From Rhizaria sp. SCN 62-66 (taxonomy: Eukaryota): a stretch of 64,000 nt of DNA. The DNA lies in NCBI GenBank assembly GCA_001724265.1, contig MEDY01000019.1:1-64000 (forward strand), given 5' to 3'. How positions within the stretch are numbered: position 1 is the first letter of the stretch; the number at the start of each line of letters is the position of its first letter. Under the pieces are notes generated by a model. It saw only the letters and a program-made list of their open reading frames with translations. It was not told where the DNA came from and did not search any database. This document shows positions 51,001-62,074 of the stretch, piece after piece. Both the position numbers and the translations under genes were made by a program.

Positions 51001-54000
51001 GCCGCCGCAAGTCACCACCGTGCTCGCTGCGGCCACGGTCCTTGCGGCCGTTGCCAAGTGGGCAGACGCCGTCGCGACTGCTGACGTCACGTTCTTACTC
51101 TCCCAGCCGCAATCGCGATCACAGTCGCCAACAAATGCGTTGGCGGGCGGCGGCTTCACTTTCGACCGCGCGGCCCCCACCGGCCCGGTCTCCCGCGCCT
51201 TCGCCACCGAGCTGCTGTCTCTCATCTCGGACCTGCGTCTGCGCGCGCGGTTCGTCGCCGCCGCGCTCTCGCCCGCGGCGTCGGTTGTCGTCGCCGCACG
51301 CGCCTTTGCCCCGCTCGTGGCGCAGGTGCAGGGCATAGCGCGGCTATGCTCGAGGACGCCGCACTCTCTGGCTCACGCGCTGTTGTTTGCAGACACGACG
51401 GCTGCTGCCGACCCCGTGTTCGTCATTACCGTTCCGTCTTACAGTGTGGATAGCAGTGCAATGGGCGGCGCGTTGACCGTGGTGCGGACGTGCGCCGGCC
51501 CGGTCGCGTTCCCCTCGGGCCCCGCGCTGTTGTCGCTGCTCTACACCGCGACGGCGACGAGCACGGCTCCTGGGGGCGGCGCCGGCGGCGGCGTGACCAT
51601 TAGCGCGGGGATACAGGCCGCAGCCGCTGCGACCGAGGACGAGAATAACAACGAGGAGAGTGCTTTTGGCGCTGTGGTTGCTGGTGTTACTGCCGATACT
51701 ACAATTGGCGGGCTAAGTGACTCGCCTCTGAGGCCGACGCGGGCGCAGGCGTTGTCGAGCGTGGCTGTGAGTCAGCTTCTCTTTGCTACAAAGGGCAGTC
51801 GTGATGACACTGTTGGCAATGCGAACGACGATGGTGTTGCGAATGAGAACAATGCTTCCATGTTGTTGCCTTTTTCATCACAGCAAAGCTCTAGTTCTCT
51901 GAGTAACAGCACTGACACTGGCGCGAGTGTTGGCACCGATAATGCGCTTTCGTCTGTTTCGCCGCTGCGGCGTCTCTTTGCGGCCGCCGCCGCTCCCTAT
52001 TTTGAGTCTCTTACAGCCCGCGTTAGTACACCGGACTTCAGCTTTTATCATATCAGCGCCAACAACAAGAGTAACGGCACGAGTAGTAAAGCCAAACGCA
52101 AGAGCAAGAACACGAAGCTTTCGCAGCCGCAGTCAGAGCTGCAGTTGCACTCTGAGTCGCTGGGCTCTCTGCCGTGCTTTCTCTCTCGTTCCGACGCGAC
52201 GCTGATCGCCACGGCGGGCGCCACGCTCGCCATGCTGCGGGCCGTGTCGCCCGCTCACGCCGCGCTCTGCGCTGCGCCGGCATTAGCTCACAAGATTAAC
52301 GACAACAACGAAATTCAGAGCAATGCTCTGACTTATCTGCGCTCAGGCGGCGCCTTATCTTCCCCGCATCCAGGCGGATTAACTTCCGCATGGGCGGCCC
52401 TTGCAGCGCTCTCGGAGGCCTCCGCCGCCCGCCGCGCGCGCGCCCTCGCTGTCATCTCGCACTGGCGGCTTCGCGAAGCCACGCGACGCCTGCACGCGCA
52501 CCACGCCGCGTCCGCGCTTGCCGCGTCCGCGCGCGCCTCGGCCGGCGTCGCGCGGCGCGAGACCGCGCGCGCTGCCGCGGTGGAGCTCGGCCGCGAGCGC
52601 GCGGCGCGCGCGGCGGCGGCGGCGGCGGCGCGGGCTGCTGAGGCGGCCGAGACCGAGGCGCGGGTGGGCGAGCAGCGGCGCGCGGCGGCGGCGGCGGCGG
52701 CGGCGCTGCTGCTGGAGCACGCGCGCGTGATGGGGCAGGAGCAGCGGCGGCAGGAGCGGCTGCTGTGGCGGCTGCGGCGCGCGCAGGCCGCCAAGGAGCG
52801 GGAGCTGCTCTGGCGCGGCGTGGCGCAGCTCGAGGCGCGAGAGCTGGCTGAGTACAGTGCTAATAACGTGAACACCAATGCCAGCCCTAAGAACAACAAC
52901 TCTATCAGTTTCAGTCGTAACGTTGCAGTCTCTGGCGCTGTCTTGACTCCCACTGTCGCTACTGCTTCTGCTGATTCTGTTGCTGTTGACATTGACGCCA
53001 AGACTGATGATGATGAGGCCAAGGCTGATGTTGCTGAGCCTGAGGCTGTTGTTGATGCGCCATCTATCGACACGAGCAGCAGCCACTCTGTTTCTCCGAC
53101 TAGCAGCAGTAGCAGCAGCGTAGCCGTGTTGCTCGCGAGTAGTCAAAGTGACGCGAGCGAACACAAGTCTGACTCTGAAAACGACAAAAACGCACCTGAG
53201 ACCAAGGACAACGATGATACAAGTGTGTCTGCTGACGACGTTGACAAGACTGAAACGAGTCAGTCTGCTGTCGCAGCATTGCCATCAACATCAGAATTCA
53301 CAGTTATTCCGACTGGCGACGCGGTTACAGTCACGGATGCGTCAATCGTCACGCCTGCGTTTGTGGCGCCTGGCGAAGAAATCGATTATCAACACTACTT
53401 GGCGCTAAAGGCCGCAGAGGCGTCAACAGGAACAACAGCGTCTGATAACGCCGCGCCAAGCTCTGGTCTTGCCCCGGGGTCGCGGTGGGCTGCTGGCGTT
53501 TCTCACGGTCGCTAGGATGCAGCCAACGATGCCGAGGTTGACGCGGATGTTGACACTGACACTGCCGTGACTTTGGCCACCGGCACTAGTTCGAACTCCA
53601 ATGTTGACGGCGTTGCTGTCGTCTCCACCCCGAGCGATGAGGACGAGTTCCGTGCGTACTTAGCCCTCAAAGCTCGCGAACACGAACTTACGAACGCTGT
53701 TCGAGACGTCAATGATTGCGCTTATCGTGTTGTTGCTAATAGCACGTACACCGTCGTCTCTGCGCCCACAGCGGCGCGCGCGCTGTGCGCCGCCGCCCCC
53801 GCGCGCGCCGCCCTCGTCTCCGCGCTGCTGCCGCCGCTGCTGTCCCGCGCGACCCTGGTCCACGCCGCGGCGGCCGACGCGCTGCGCACGCGGCTGCGCG
53901 TGCAGGACCACCTGGCGCTTCTGCAGCGCACGTTCCTGCTGCTCGACCCCTGCTTCGCCGACTCGCTGCTGCCACCGCTGGTGCATACGCTGCTCACTGC

Positions 54001-57000
54001 CGCCGACGCCGCCGCTGCCACTGCCACATCGTCGTCGCCATCGGCGGCGGCAACCGCAGTGGGTGACGGCAACGCTGCGGACAACGCCAAGCCTCGGGCG
54101 AAAGCCAAGGCAAGCGTGGTTGCAACTGTGCACCGCCCCTCCGCCGCACTCGGGTCGCCCACGCGCATCAGCTACAACAACAGCGAAGCGAGCTCGAGCA
54201 CTAACACTGGCGTCAAGAGCAAAGACACTGTCGCCCCTATGAGCGCCAATGCGAGTGCGAGTGCGCAGGCGTGTGCTTTGTGGAGCCCGCAGGCTCTGAC
54301 TGGGCTGCTCACGACGGCTCTGCGAGACGCCGCCGCCGCGACAGTGCCGCCTCTGCCCGCCGTGCCCACGCTCACGGTCACCCCGACGAACGCTCCCAAT
54401 CGCAGCGGCTCTGGTGTTTCGATTTCTGGCACAGACAGTGTTACCGATGTTGCGAGTGACGCTGCTGTGGTGACCGAGGCCGTCGTTGCCGCCGCCACGG
54501 CAGCACACGCCGCGCTGCCCGAGGTCGAACCTATCCTTGCCTTCGGGGACCGGTTCTCTCTCACCACAGTCGCTAGTAGTAACAATAGCGTGAAAAACGC
54601 CGTCAGCGGCGCTCATTTTGCGCCCGCGCTGGACTGGCTGCGCTTATCTTACGCGCGTCCCTGGCCGCTGCCGCTGGTTATCCCCGACGCCGCTATCGAG
54701 CACACGTACGCGCCCGCCTTCGCTTTCCTCTGCCGGCTCCGCGTCGTCGCCGCCGCGGCCGCGCGCGCGCGCACCGCCGCTGCCACGGCCACGCTCGCAG
54801 TGGAGACGCGCATCGCGCACGCGCGCCGCGCTCTGCTCGCGCCCGCAGTGGCGGCTAGCGCCGCGGCCGCGAGCGGGGGCCGCCGCGCGACGGCGCAGCC
54901 CGCGAGCTCTAAGGGGGCCGCGCGGGGTGTAAGTGCGCTCAAGGGGCCGCGGTGGGGCGAGGAAGAGCTGGCGCTACCGCCGACGCTGGCCGCGCTGGCC
55001 GGCAAGGGCAAGGGCCGCAGCAAGAGTAAGCACAGCGACGATGACGACGATGCTGATGAAAGCGAGAGTGACAAGGACGTGTTTGGCGTTGTCGACGACG
55101 GCAAAGACATCTTCGGTGCTCTTGAAGCCTCTAGTAAGCGCAATCGCTCTTGTTCATCTCGCCGTCACAACAACGATGACGACGACAACGAAGAAGACAT
55201 CTATGATGAGAATGACGACGAGCACGAACAAGATCACGATGATGAGAGCATTATTAGCGCGATTAGCGACGATGAGGATGAGAGTGGTCGCACGATCCAC
55301 CTCCGTCTTACGTCGCACGCGCACTCGGACGCCTTCGTGCCTGAAGCCTACTTGTTCTGGCTTGCCCCGCGGCTGACCAAGTGGCTGCACGCCGTGCGCT
55401 CAGAGGCCACGCACATCGCCGCGACCTTCTCCCACTTTGTCTCCGTCGCCATCGCCGCGGCCGCGCCCGCGCTCGCGACGGCCGTGGCGCGCTCGCAATC
55501 ACTGCCGGCCATGCGCCGCGCGCACGCCCGCTTCCTGCGCTCCGTGCGCGGCGCGACCTTTGCCGCGGGCCCCGCGCGCGCGCTACTGCCGGCTGTGCTG
55601 GCCACGCTCGCGCACGCGCAGGCCTTCTGCGCCATCGCCACCGCGCTCTCGGCGGCTGTGGCGGCGGCGGTGGCGGCGCCCGTGACTGTGCGCGCGCTCC
55701 CGCCGCGGCGCAACGCGGCGGCCGTGCTACGGGGCGCGCCGGAGCTGATGCAGCTGCCCGCCGACACGCTGCCGCGCGGGCGCGAGGCCGCAGCGCTCGC
55801 CGCGCTGGTCCGCGCGGAGGAGTCCGTCCTCTACTTCCCTTCCGATGACAGCCATATTAACGACAGCAGCAGAGTGCGCAATGGTGACGGCTTGAGTGGC
55901 GGGCGTCGGGGTGACCGTGAACAGCAGTCACGGGCCGCGCGTGCGCTGCACCGTGCCTTTGGCGCCAACCTGGGCTCCGTCCTCGCGCGCGCGTCTCTGA
56001 TCCCCAACGCGGGCTCTGCGCGCGGCCGCCCGACGGCTGATCGTGAGCAGCAGGGGTACGCAGGTGACCGTGAGCAGGCTGAGAGCGACGAAACTGCCGC
56101 GCTGTCGGGTCTGCGCGCCGCCGTCTTCGGCCGCCGCTCTGCCTCTGCCTCCACGACAACATCAGAGTCATCCTCAAGCTTTAGCAATATTACTCGTGGT
56201 AAAGTCAGTGGCAGCGGACTTGCATTTGCGACTGCGCCCGTTGCCCGCGCCGTGCGTGTCGCACTGCAGCTCAGCTTCGGCCTTGACCAACGCGCGATTG
56301 ACCTGAGCAGCGGCAGCGGTGCCCCTATCCCCACCGCTGCTGGTGCTCACGGTCACAGTCGCGATCACGATCACGGTGAATACCTGCGTGCGATGCGTGT
56401 GTGCGTGTTCAGCGAGGGCAAGCTCGCGCGCCTGAAGCGGCTTGTGAGCGACGCCGTGCGCAGCGCGGCCGAGATGCGGGCCGGCGCAGTCCGCGTCGAG
56501 CTCATGGCGCAGGAGATCGCGGCGGGCGGCGCTGTCAACACCAGCGGCACTAGCGCTAACGGCAACGGCAACAGCGGCAACGGCGGCAATAGCGGCGCTG
56601 GAGTTAATGATGATGGCTATAGCGACTCTGAGTGGTGCGACGAGTGTGGTCAGCGCAAAAACACCCACAAAGACTTTGCTGACTCAGACTCAGACTCCGA
56701 GCCAGAGCCAGAGTCTTGCGACTGCGATTGTGGTATTGACGATAACGCGAACGACCCATTCAGCTCGATCTTCGACTCCGACTCCCCTGCTGGTGCCGGC
56801 TCCGGCGCTGCGGCGGCTGTCGTGGGCAACGGCGGCGTGTCCCGAGACCGCGAGCGCGCGCGCGCCGGCGAGGTCATGGCGCTTATGTCTGCGCTTGCCA
56901 CCGCGCTCGACGGCGACGGCTTCTACTCGCGCGCGGCCGAGACGCGCGCCGCGGCCGCCGCGGGCGCTGCGGCGGCCAGGGCGGCGGCTGCGCGGCAGCA

Positions 57001-57049
57001 GGAGCTGCTGGCGCAGTGGCAGCGCGGCGGGAGCGCGGGCGCAATGTGA
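48044..57049 (+). CDS. TUBGCP6: Gamma-tubulin complex component 6 (GCP6)-like, ~3,001 aa, with in-frame TAG codons at 48086-48088 and 53513-53515
   Basis: GRIP1 end LPCFLS…IATAGATLAMLR; GCP6-type coiled coil RRQERLLWRLRR; GRIP2 motifs PLLSRATLVHAAA…HLALLQRTFLLLDPCFADSL, LRLSYARPWPLPLVI…YAPAFAFLCRLR, AMRRAHARFL. ORFs 48248..53515 and 53567..57049 are in frame across one TAG, and ATG 48044 is in frame across another. Stop TGA. Confidence 0.85.
48442..48507 (+). repeat. 9-bp (TCTCAYCRS)n repeat encoding SHQ/SHR/SHH in the GCP6 N-terminus
   Basis: tctcaccag tctcaccgg tctcaccag tctcatcac tctcatcac tctcatcac tctcatcag. Confidence 0.85.
49142..49190 (+). repeat. (TCAGCC)n coding microsatellite, Ser-Ala repeat in GCP6
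   Basis: About 8 tandem TCAGCC units. Confidence 0.9.
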
Positions 57050-57446
57050 CTCGAGCGCAGAGTGTCTGACAGCAGAGCAATATGTGTGATGGGGATGTGT
57101 AACAAGGGAGGAGAACAAGTTTAAGTTGATTTTTGAGGTTATTTTAGATTATATTTTCGCTTCATACATAGTTTTAGATTTCCCACACTTGCTCACAGCT
57201 TTTAGAAGTTTGTCATTGCAAAGCGCAATTGTATTGGTGGTGGTAAATACTCCTATTTCCACCGAGATAAGACATACAATATAAAGTACAAAGGTAAACA
57301 GTTCAACACATACAATATTACACATTACTAAAACTATATCTGAATCTAGTCGAATCCACTCAAATGGTATTGATCCAACAACAGTCACTCGTTCCAAGCG
57401 CTGACAAACAGCCGGAGACGAGACGGACAAAAGCTGTTTTGGCTGC

Positions 57447-58814
57447 TTACGTAAGCGAGTTCCAGCGGTAGGTGCCGTTGTAGTCGATGCAGTCAGCCTG
57501 GACGTTGACGGTGACGACGTAGGTCACCGACTCGGCGCGGCCCGGCTGCCCCATGCTGTTGGACGACACGATCTTCGCGTCCGCGCGGTTCGTCAGCGCG
57601 TCCAGCACAATCGCCTGAGACGAAGCGGGATACGCGGTGTGATGCAGATGTGTGCACAGGAGTTGGAGAGAAGAAAGACAGAGCAAGAAGACAGTGAGTA
57701 AATGTGTTCACATTAACAAATCGGGTTATGACGATAATTCATGCGTAGAGCTGCGTGTGTGCTGTAGACATCGCGTACCTGAATGACGTAGGGGTCGAGG
57801 GCTCCGTCGACCTCACGCTGGCTCACGGAGTACTGGAAGCGGTTCCAATTGGCGCCGGTCTAAACAGCAAAAAAAAGCAAGGTAGAGCAGCAAGGATAAA
57901 GAGCAAGAGTGTAAGCATAGAAGCAAACAAATTCATGTCAAGAAAAAGAGCGTTGACATCACTTTTGAACCGAAATGAGGTCTGACGAAGATATGCTACA
58001 TTGATATGTTGGCGAGCTTGACACACCTGGATGAACTCGGGCGTGGGGAGGCGGTGACTCTTGAACGAGAGGCCGTCGGGGCGGTCCTTAAGCGCGTCCG
58101 TCAGTGAGGCCACGATGATCGACATCACCGACGCAGGGGTCGTCTCGGGCAGGCTGCATTGCGCCAAACACCCACACACAAACGAAGCAAAGCAATCACG
58201 AGCGAACATATAAGAAAACAAAAGTGAGCTTATTCGTTAATAACCACATTTAGAAGCTCAATATAGAGAGATACAGATTATAATGAATGTTTGAGTCACG
58301 CGTATCCCGCGTATCGTACGCACCTGATGGAGATGGAGTTGTCGAAGACGCCCTGGCGCACATCGAAGCGGATGAAGATGTGCGCCACGGTCTGGCGGGG
58401 CGGGACCACGGGCACGGCGACAATGCCCGTCTCCTGCACCAGAGCGTCGACCTGCGCCTGCACGTTAGCGTGCGCCTCGGCCACCGTCGTCAGGATCGTG
58501 GGGTCGATCGGCACGGTGCTGGTCGCTGTCGCGGCAGAGGGTGCCTCAGAGCCCACAACGTTGGCGCCGGAGCTCGAGGGGGAGGCGGTGGCGGAGGAGG
58601 AGAAAAAGGCGGCGAGCGGGCCGCGGCGGCCAGCTGTCGCGGGCTTCAGTGCGCTGCTGCTGCTGCTGCATCTGTCGCTGCTGCTGTTGTTGCTGTTCTT
58701 GGGGGCAGAGACAGAGGAGAACGAGGCGGAGACGGCGGGGGCGGCAAAGAGACCGAGAGAGCGCTTCGCGACAGCGGCGGCGGAGGGAACACCGCGGGTC
58801 AGACGGCCAAGCAT
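57447..58814 (-). CDS. Uncharacterised, probably mitochondrion-targeted protein (288 aa). Exons 58814-58324, 58153-58027, 57859-57779, 57614-57447
   Basis: N-terminus MLGRLTRGVPSAAAVAKRSLGLF… is Arg/Ser/Ala-rich and almost lacks acidic residues. Three GT-AG introns (170, 167, 164 nt) join the GC-rich exons in frame. Stop TAA. Confidence 0.75.
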
Positions 58815-59720
58815 GTGAGCGGCGGGGGCAGACACAGCAACAAAGAGGCCTTGTCGGTGTGGAGGAGCGCGAGCAAGCACCAGAAGACTCTGATGCAGCA
58901 GGCGAGCGAGGGGTGAGCCGAGTTTTGCAAAGCGAAAACTCAACTTACTGCAAAAACTAAAGCAGCACAAACAGAAAATTGCAATGTAAAACATGATGTG
59001 TGAATGGTCAAGTGCGTGAGTGCGTGTTCGCCGAGATAGAGCGCGTTAAGGGAGAGAATGCAGAATGCGCTTGAATGGGCGGCGACGTGGCACCACGTTA
59101 CGAGGGTCGCCGAAAGGCAGTACAAATCGCTAACGCGGAGCAAACACGCAGCACAGAGAACGAAAGTAAAGGGTGGATGCGGATCACAGTATCCGAGGTG
59201 ACGCTGAAAAGGAACGGGCAGGCATCTGCATCGTTTTAGGACGGAGCCAGATTCGTCAAGCAGGAAGCGAAACCGAGAATTTGCGTCCGGCCTGAAACAT
59301 TGATTTTGCGGGCCTAAGTCAGGAGTTTCGTCGGTACAAAGAGTATAACAGTATCTCAATCAAGAATCAGATACGATATCAACAGTGTAGTACAAATGAC
59401 GGTGGTTACACCCCAAAACTGCGTTTGCGAAGTGGGCCCACTCCACCTGCGTGCCGACGTGGCCACTCTGAAGTGACGCGATCAGTCTTTACGACAGCAG
59501 CCATATCTCCACCCACCGTCGTCACCCGCGACTGTTGCATAATGTCTAACGAGATAACACCTGTTACTACACAATAACTTATTTAAACCTTCTACTTTTG
59601 CTTTTTTGCTTCAGAACACAGCATCTCTCGCTGCCGAGTCAACTTCCCTAAGCACAGTCTCTTCGCTTCCCTTATACTGGCGGGTTCTGCCACTTTACGC
59701 AGCGCACCTTCAGCGTTACA

Positions 59721-61418
59721 ATGTCACTCGAAACGATCATTTCGCGGAGTCACAACTCCGATCCTGCGTCTATTTTTACGCTGGACCTCTCGTCTCTCAA
59801 TGTACGCCCACTTTTATGTGTTGCAACCACGAACGCTTTCTCATAGCCGTTACAGCCATGGCTATCCTATTTTGACTCTAGCTCCTGACCATCTTTGCTC
59901 TTAGCTTCAGGAGCCAACCACCCAACAAATTTGCTCATATTTTATACATTGTTTTGCTTTTGTTTGTAGATGACGCGTCTTGACCCCGCAATCAACGCGT
60001 GCGTGAACCTTCAGACGCTGGTTCTCGACCGCAACCCTCTCGTCGATTTCACTGCGGTTGACGCCAGTGTACGTTGTCCCACTTATATCACATGGCAGAG
60101 TTGTTTACTTTCTCAGCTCAAATGTAGTTTACGCTGTATTTGCTTGTATATCTGAAACATAAGGTGTTTTCCCCCTCAATTTCACAACTATTTGGTGCGG
60201 CGTCAGTCACGAACTGACGTACATCAGTGCAACTAAACATATCAGGAGACTTAGACTTGTTGATATATGAATGAGGACTGAGATTACACTCATTTATTAT
60301 AATAATGTTGTTTTCTTGCGTTTTATTCCTCATCTTAGAAGCTATCAAAGCTGACGTCCCTCTCAGTGCGTCATTGCGGCCTGGCTTCCCTCGACTCCTT
60401 AGCCCGCTTCCAGGCCCTTACATCCCTCAACGCTGCCGGAAATAAGCTCTCATCGGTTGAAAACGACGTTGCCGACTTTGCCATGCGCGCCCCGCTGGTG
60501 ACGCGGCTTGATTTGCAGACGCCGGACGGGAAAGACGCGAACCCGGTGTGCCAGAAGAAGGACTATACTGCGATGGTACGGCTCATTTATCGCTTCATAT
60601 ATCTGATGTGTACCAGCAAAAACATTTCCTTTTTGCATGATATATGCTACACAGATTAGAGTAATACGATTTTATTTGGATTGTGCTATCAACCAGCGCG
60701 TGTTCATGTCGTAACTGCGGCTGTTTGCGCCGACGTTCCCTCTGCTGATCTGGCGATCAATCATTTCTTGCTTCTAATTTCTCTTCAGATTCAGCGTGTG
60801 TTTCCTGCGCTGCGCATCCTCGACGGTCACCGTCTCATCTCGCAACAGCAGGTACGTGCACTCAATCTGTTATGCAACATCCCTTCAATTGTTCCCCTTC
60901 AACTTCACATGTTGTCTTTCATTCCTAGAACTCTGTTCACATTCTTGCCTCAGAGTGCCTTTAGTCTGCAAATTTATATCACACCGTTCTCTTTGCATTT
61001 CTTAAACGAACTCTATGCTTACAAACGCACCATGCACGTGGGTACATTGCGTTCACGTCCGCTGTTCTTATAGACTGTGGCCGCCGGAGTCGAGAGCTTA
61101 CTGTCTGATTTCCCGGCCCTGCCGCCCGCCGCTGCCGCCGCAGAGGCCGCTGCCGAGGCCCGTGCCACGCTGGCCGCGCTGGCCGCCGCCCCGCCCGCAC
61201 AGTCGTGGGGCGCCGCTTCAAATGGCGGCAACGGCGCTTCAGATTCATCTTCAAGTGGTTCCGGCGAGAAGCTGGCCAAGATCACGCCCGAGGAGGCCGA
61301 CGAGCGGATGGAGAAGGCGACTGCGCCGGTATACGACGCGTTGGCGCTCTGTGTCAAGGCAGATCAAGACGCGGCCGCGCTTGAGGCGAAGCTGACTCTC
61401 AAGGCAGACAAAAAGTGA
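59721..61418 (+). CDS. LRRC61: Leucine-rich repeat protein, LRRC61-like (274 aa). Exons 59721-59801, 59970-60068, 60339-60575, 60789-60851, 61074-61418
   Basis: LRRs IFTLDLSSLN, LQTLVLDRNPL, LTSLSVRHCGL, LTSLNAAGNKL, then LRRcap LDLQ…ANPVC…Y…VFPALRILDGHR, recalling LRRC61 (LNAAGN…NPLC…LPGLKVIDGER). Four phase-0 GTACG…AG introns. Stop TGA. Confidence 0.75.
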
Positions 61419-62074
61419 GCTATATAGTCGGATTTGGCACGGTATATCTTCATCTATCGAGGATTTAGTCATGTATGACATGTATCCTACGCGTTTATAC
61501 GTATTATTATTTGGCATAACTTGGATTCCAGTATTTGTGTTGTTATATAGTTCTAAAAGTGTTCCGAATGTGATTTGTGGCCAGAAACAAATTGTCCGAT
61601 TAGCGTCTTTCATCTTGCAGCCTTATCAAAATATCGGTATTGATAAAATAAAAACCAGTTTTTAGAATATGAAAGTGACATTTTTAATCGAATTAGTTAT
61701 CGTTAGATTAGCGTAGTCGCATGAGAAACAGCGAAAATGTGGGCCTGAACCGAGATGGGTGACCGTGAGCACGAAAAAGTCAGGCCGCTTTAGACTGACA
61801 GAGAGAGGAGAAGGAGAATCGTGTGGCCAACTCTGACCGGGGTTTTGAAGACATTACGTCTGTCTGAGGACGCTAAGTGTGCGTGTGCTGCGTTGTAGAG
61901 TTGGCGATTTATTTATCCTACGCTATCCGAGTCTCGACGGAGGAATTTTATGTGCTCTATCCGACCCTACAAGCTCGCCTCGAGTTGGGCTGTGTGTTGT
62001 GATGCTTGAGCTCATTTTCCCTTTATCTTTGTGCCTATTTGTGTCGCTTTTTGTAGGTGAAGACCAGCGTAACT

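Noticed and set aside
53498-53515. 18-nt micro-intron GTTTCTCACGGTCGCTAG removing the GCP6 TAG
   Set aside because: It preserves frame, but GTTTCT does not fit the GTACG consensus and no other micro-introns are evident. It also would not explain the other two TAGs.
48044-57049. GCP6 (and the giant gene) as pseudogenes
   Set aside because: No frameshifts or TAA/TGA lesions over ~36 kb of combined coding sequence, conserved motifs are intact, and the lesions are exclusively TAG.
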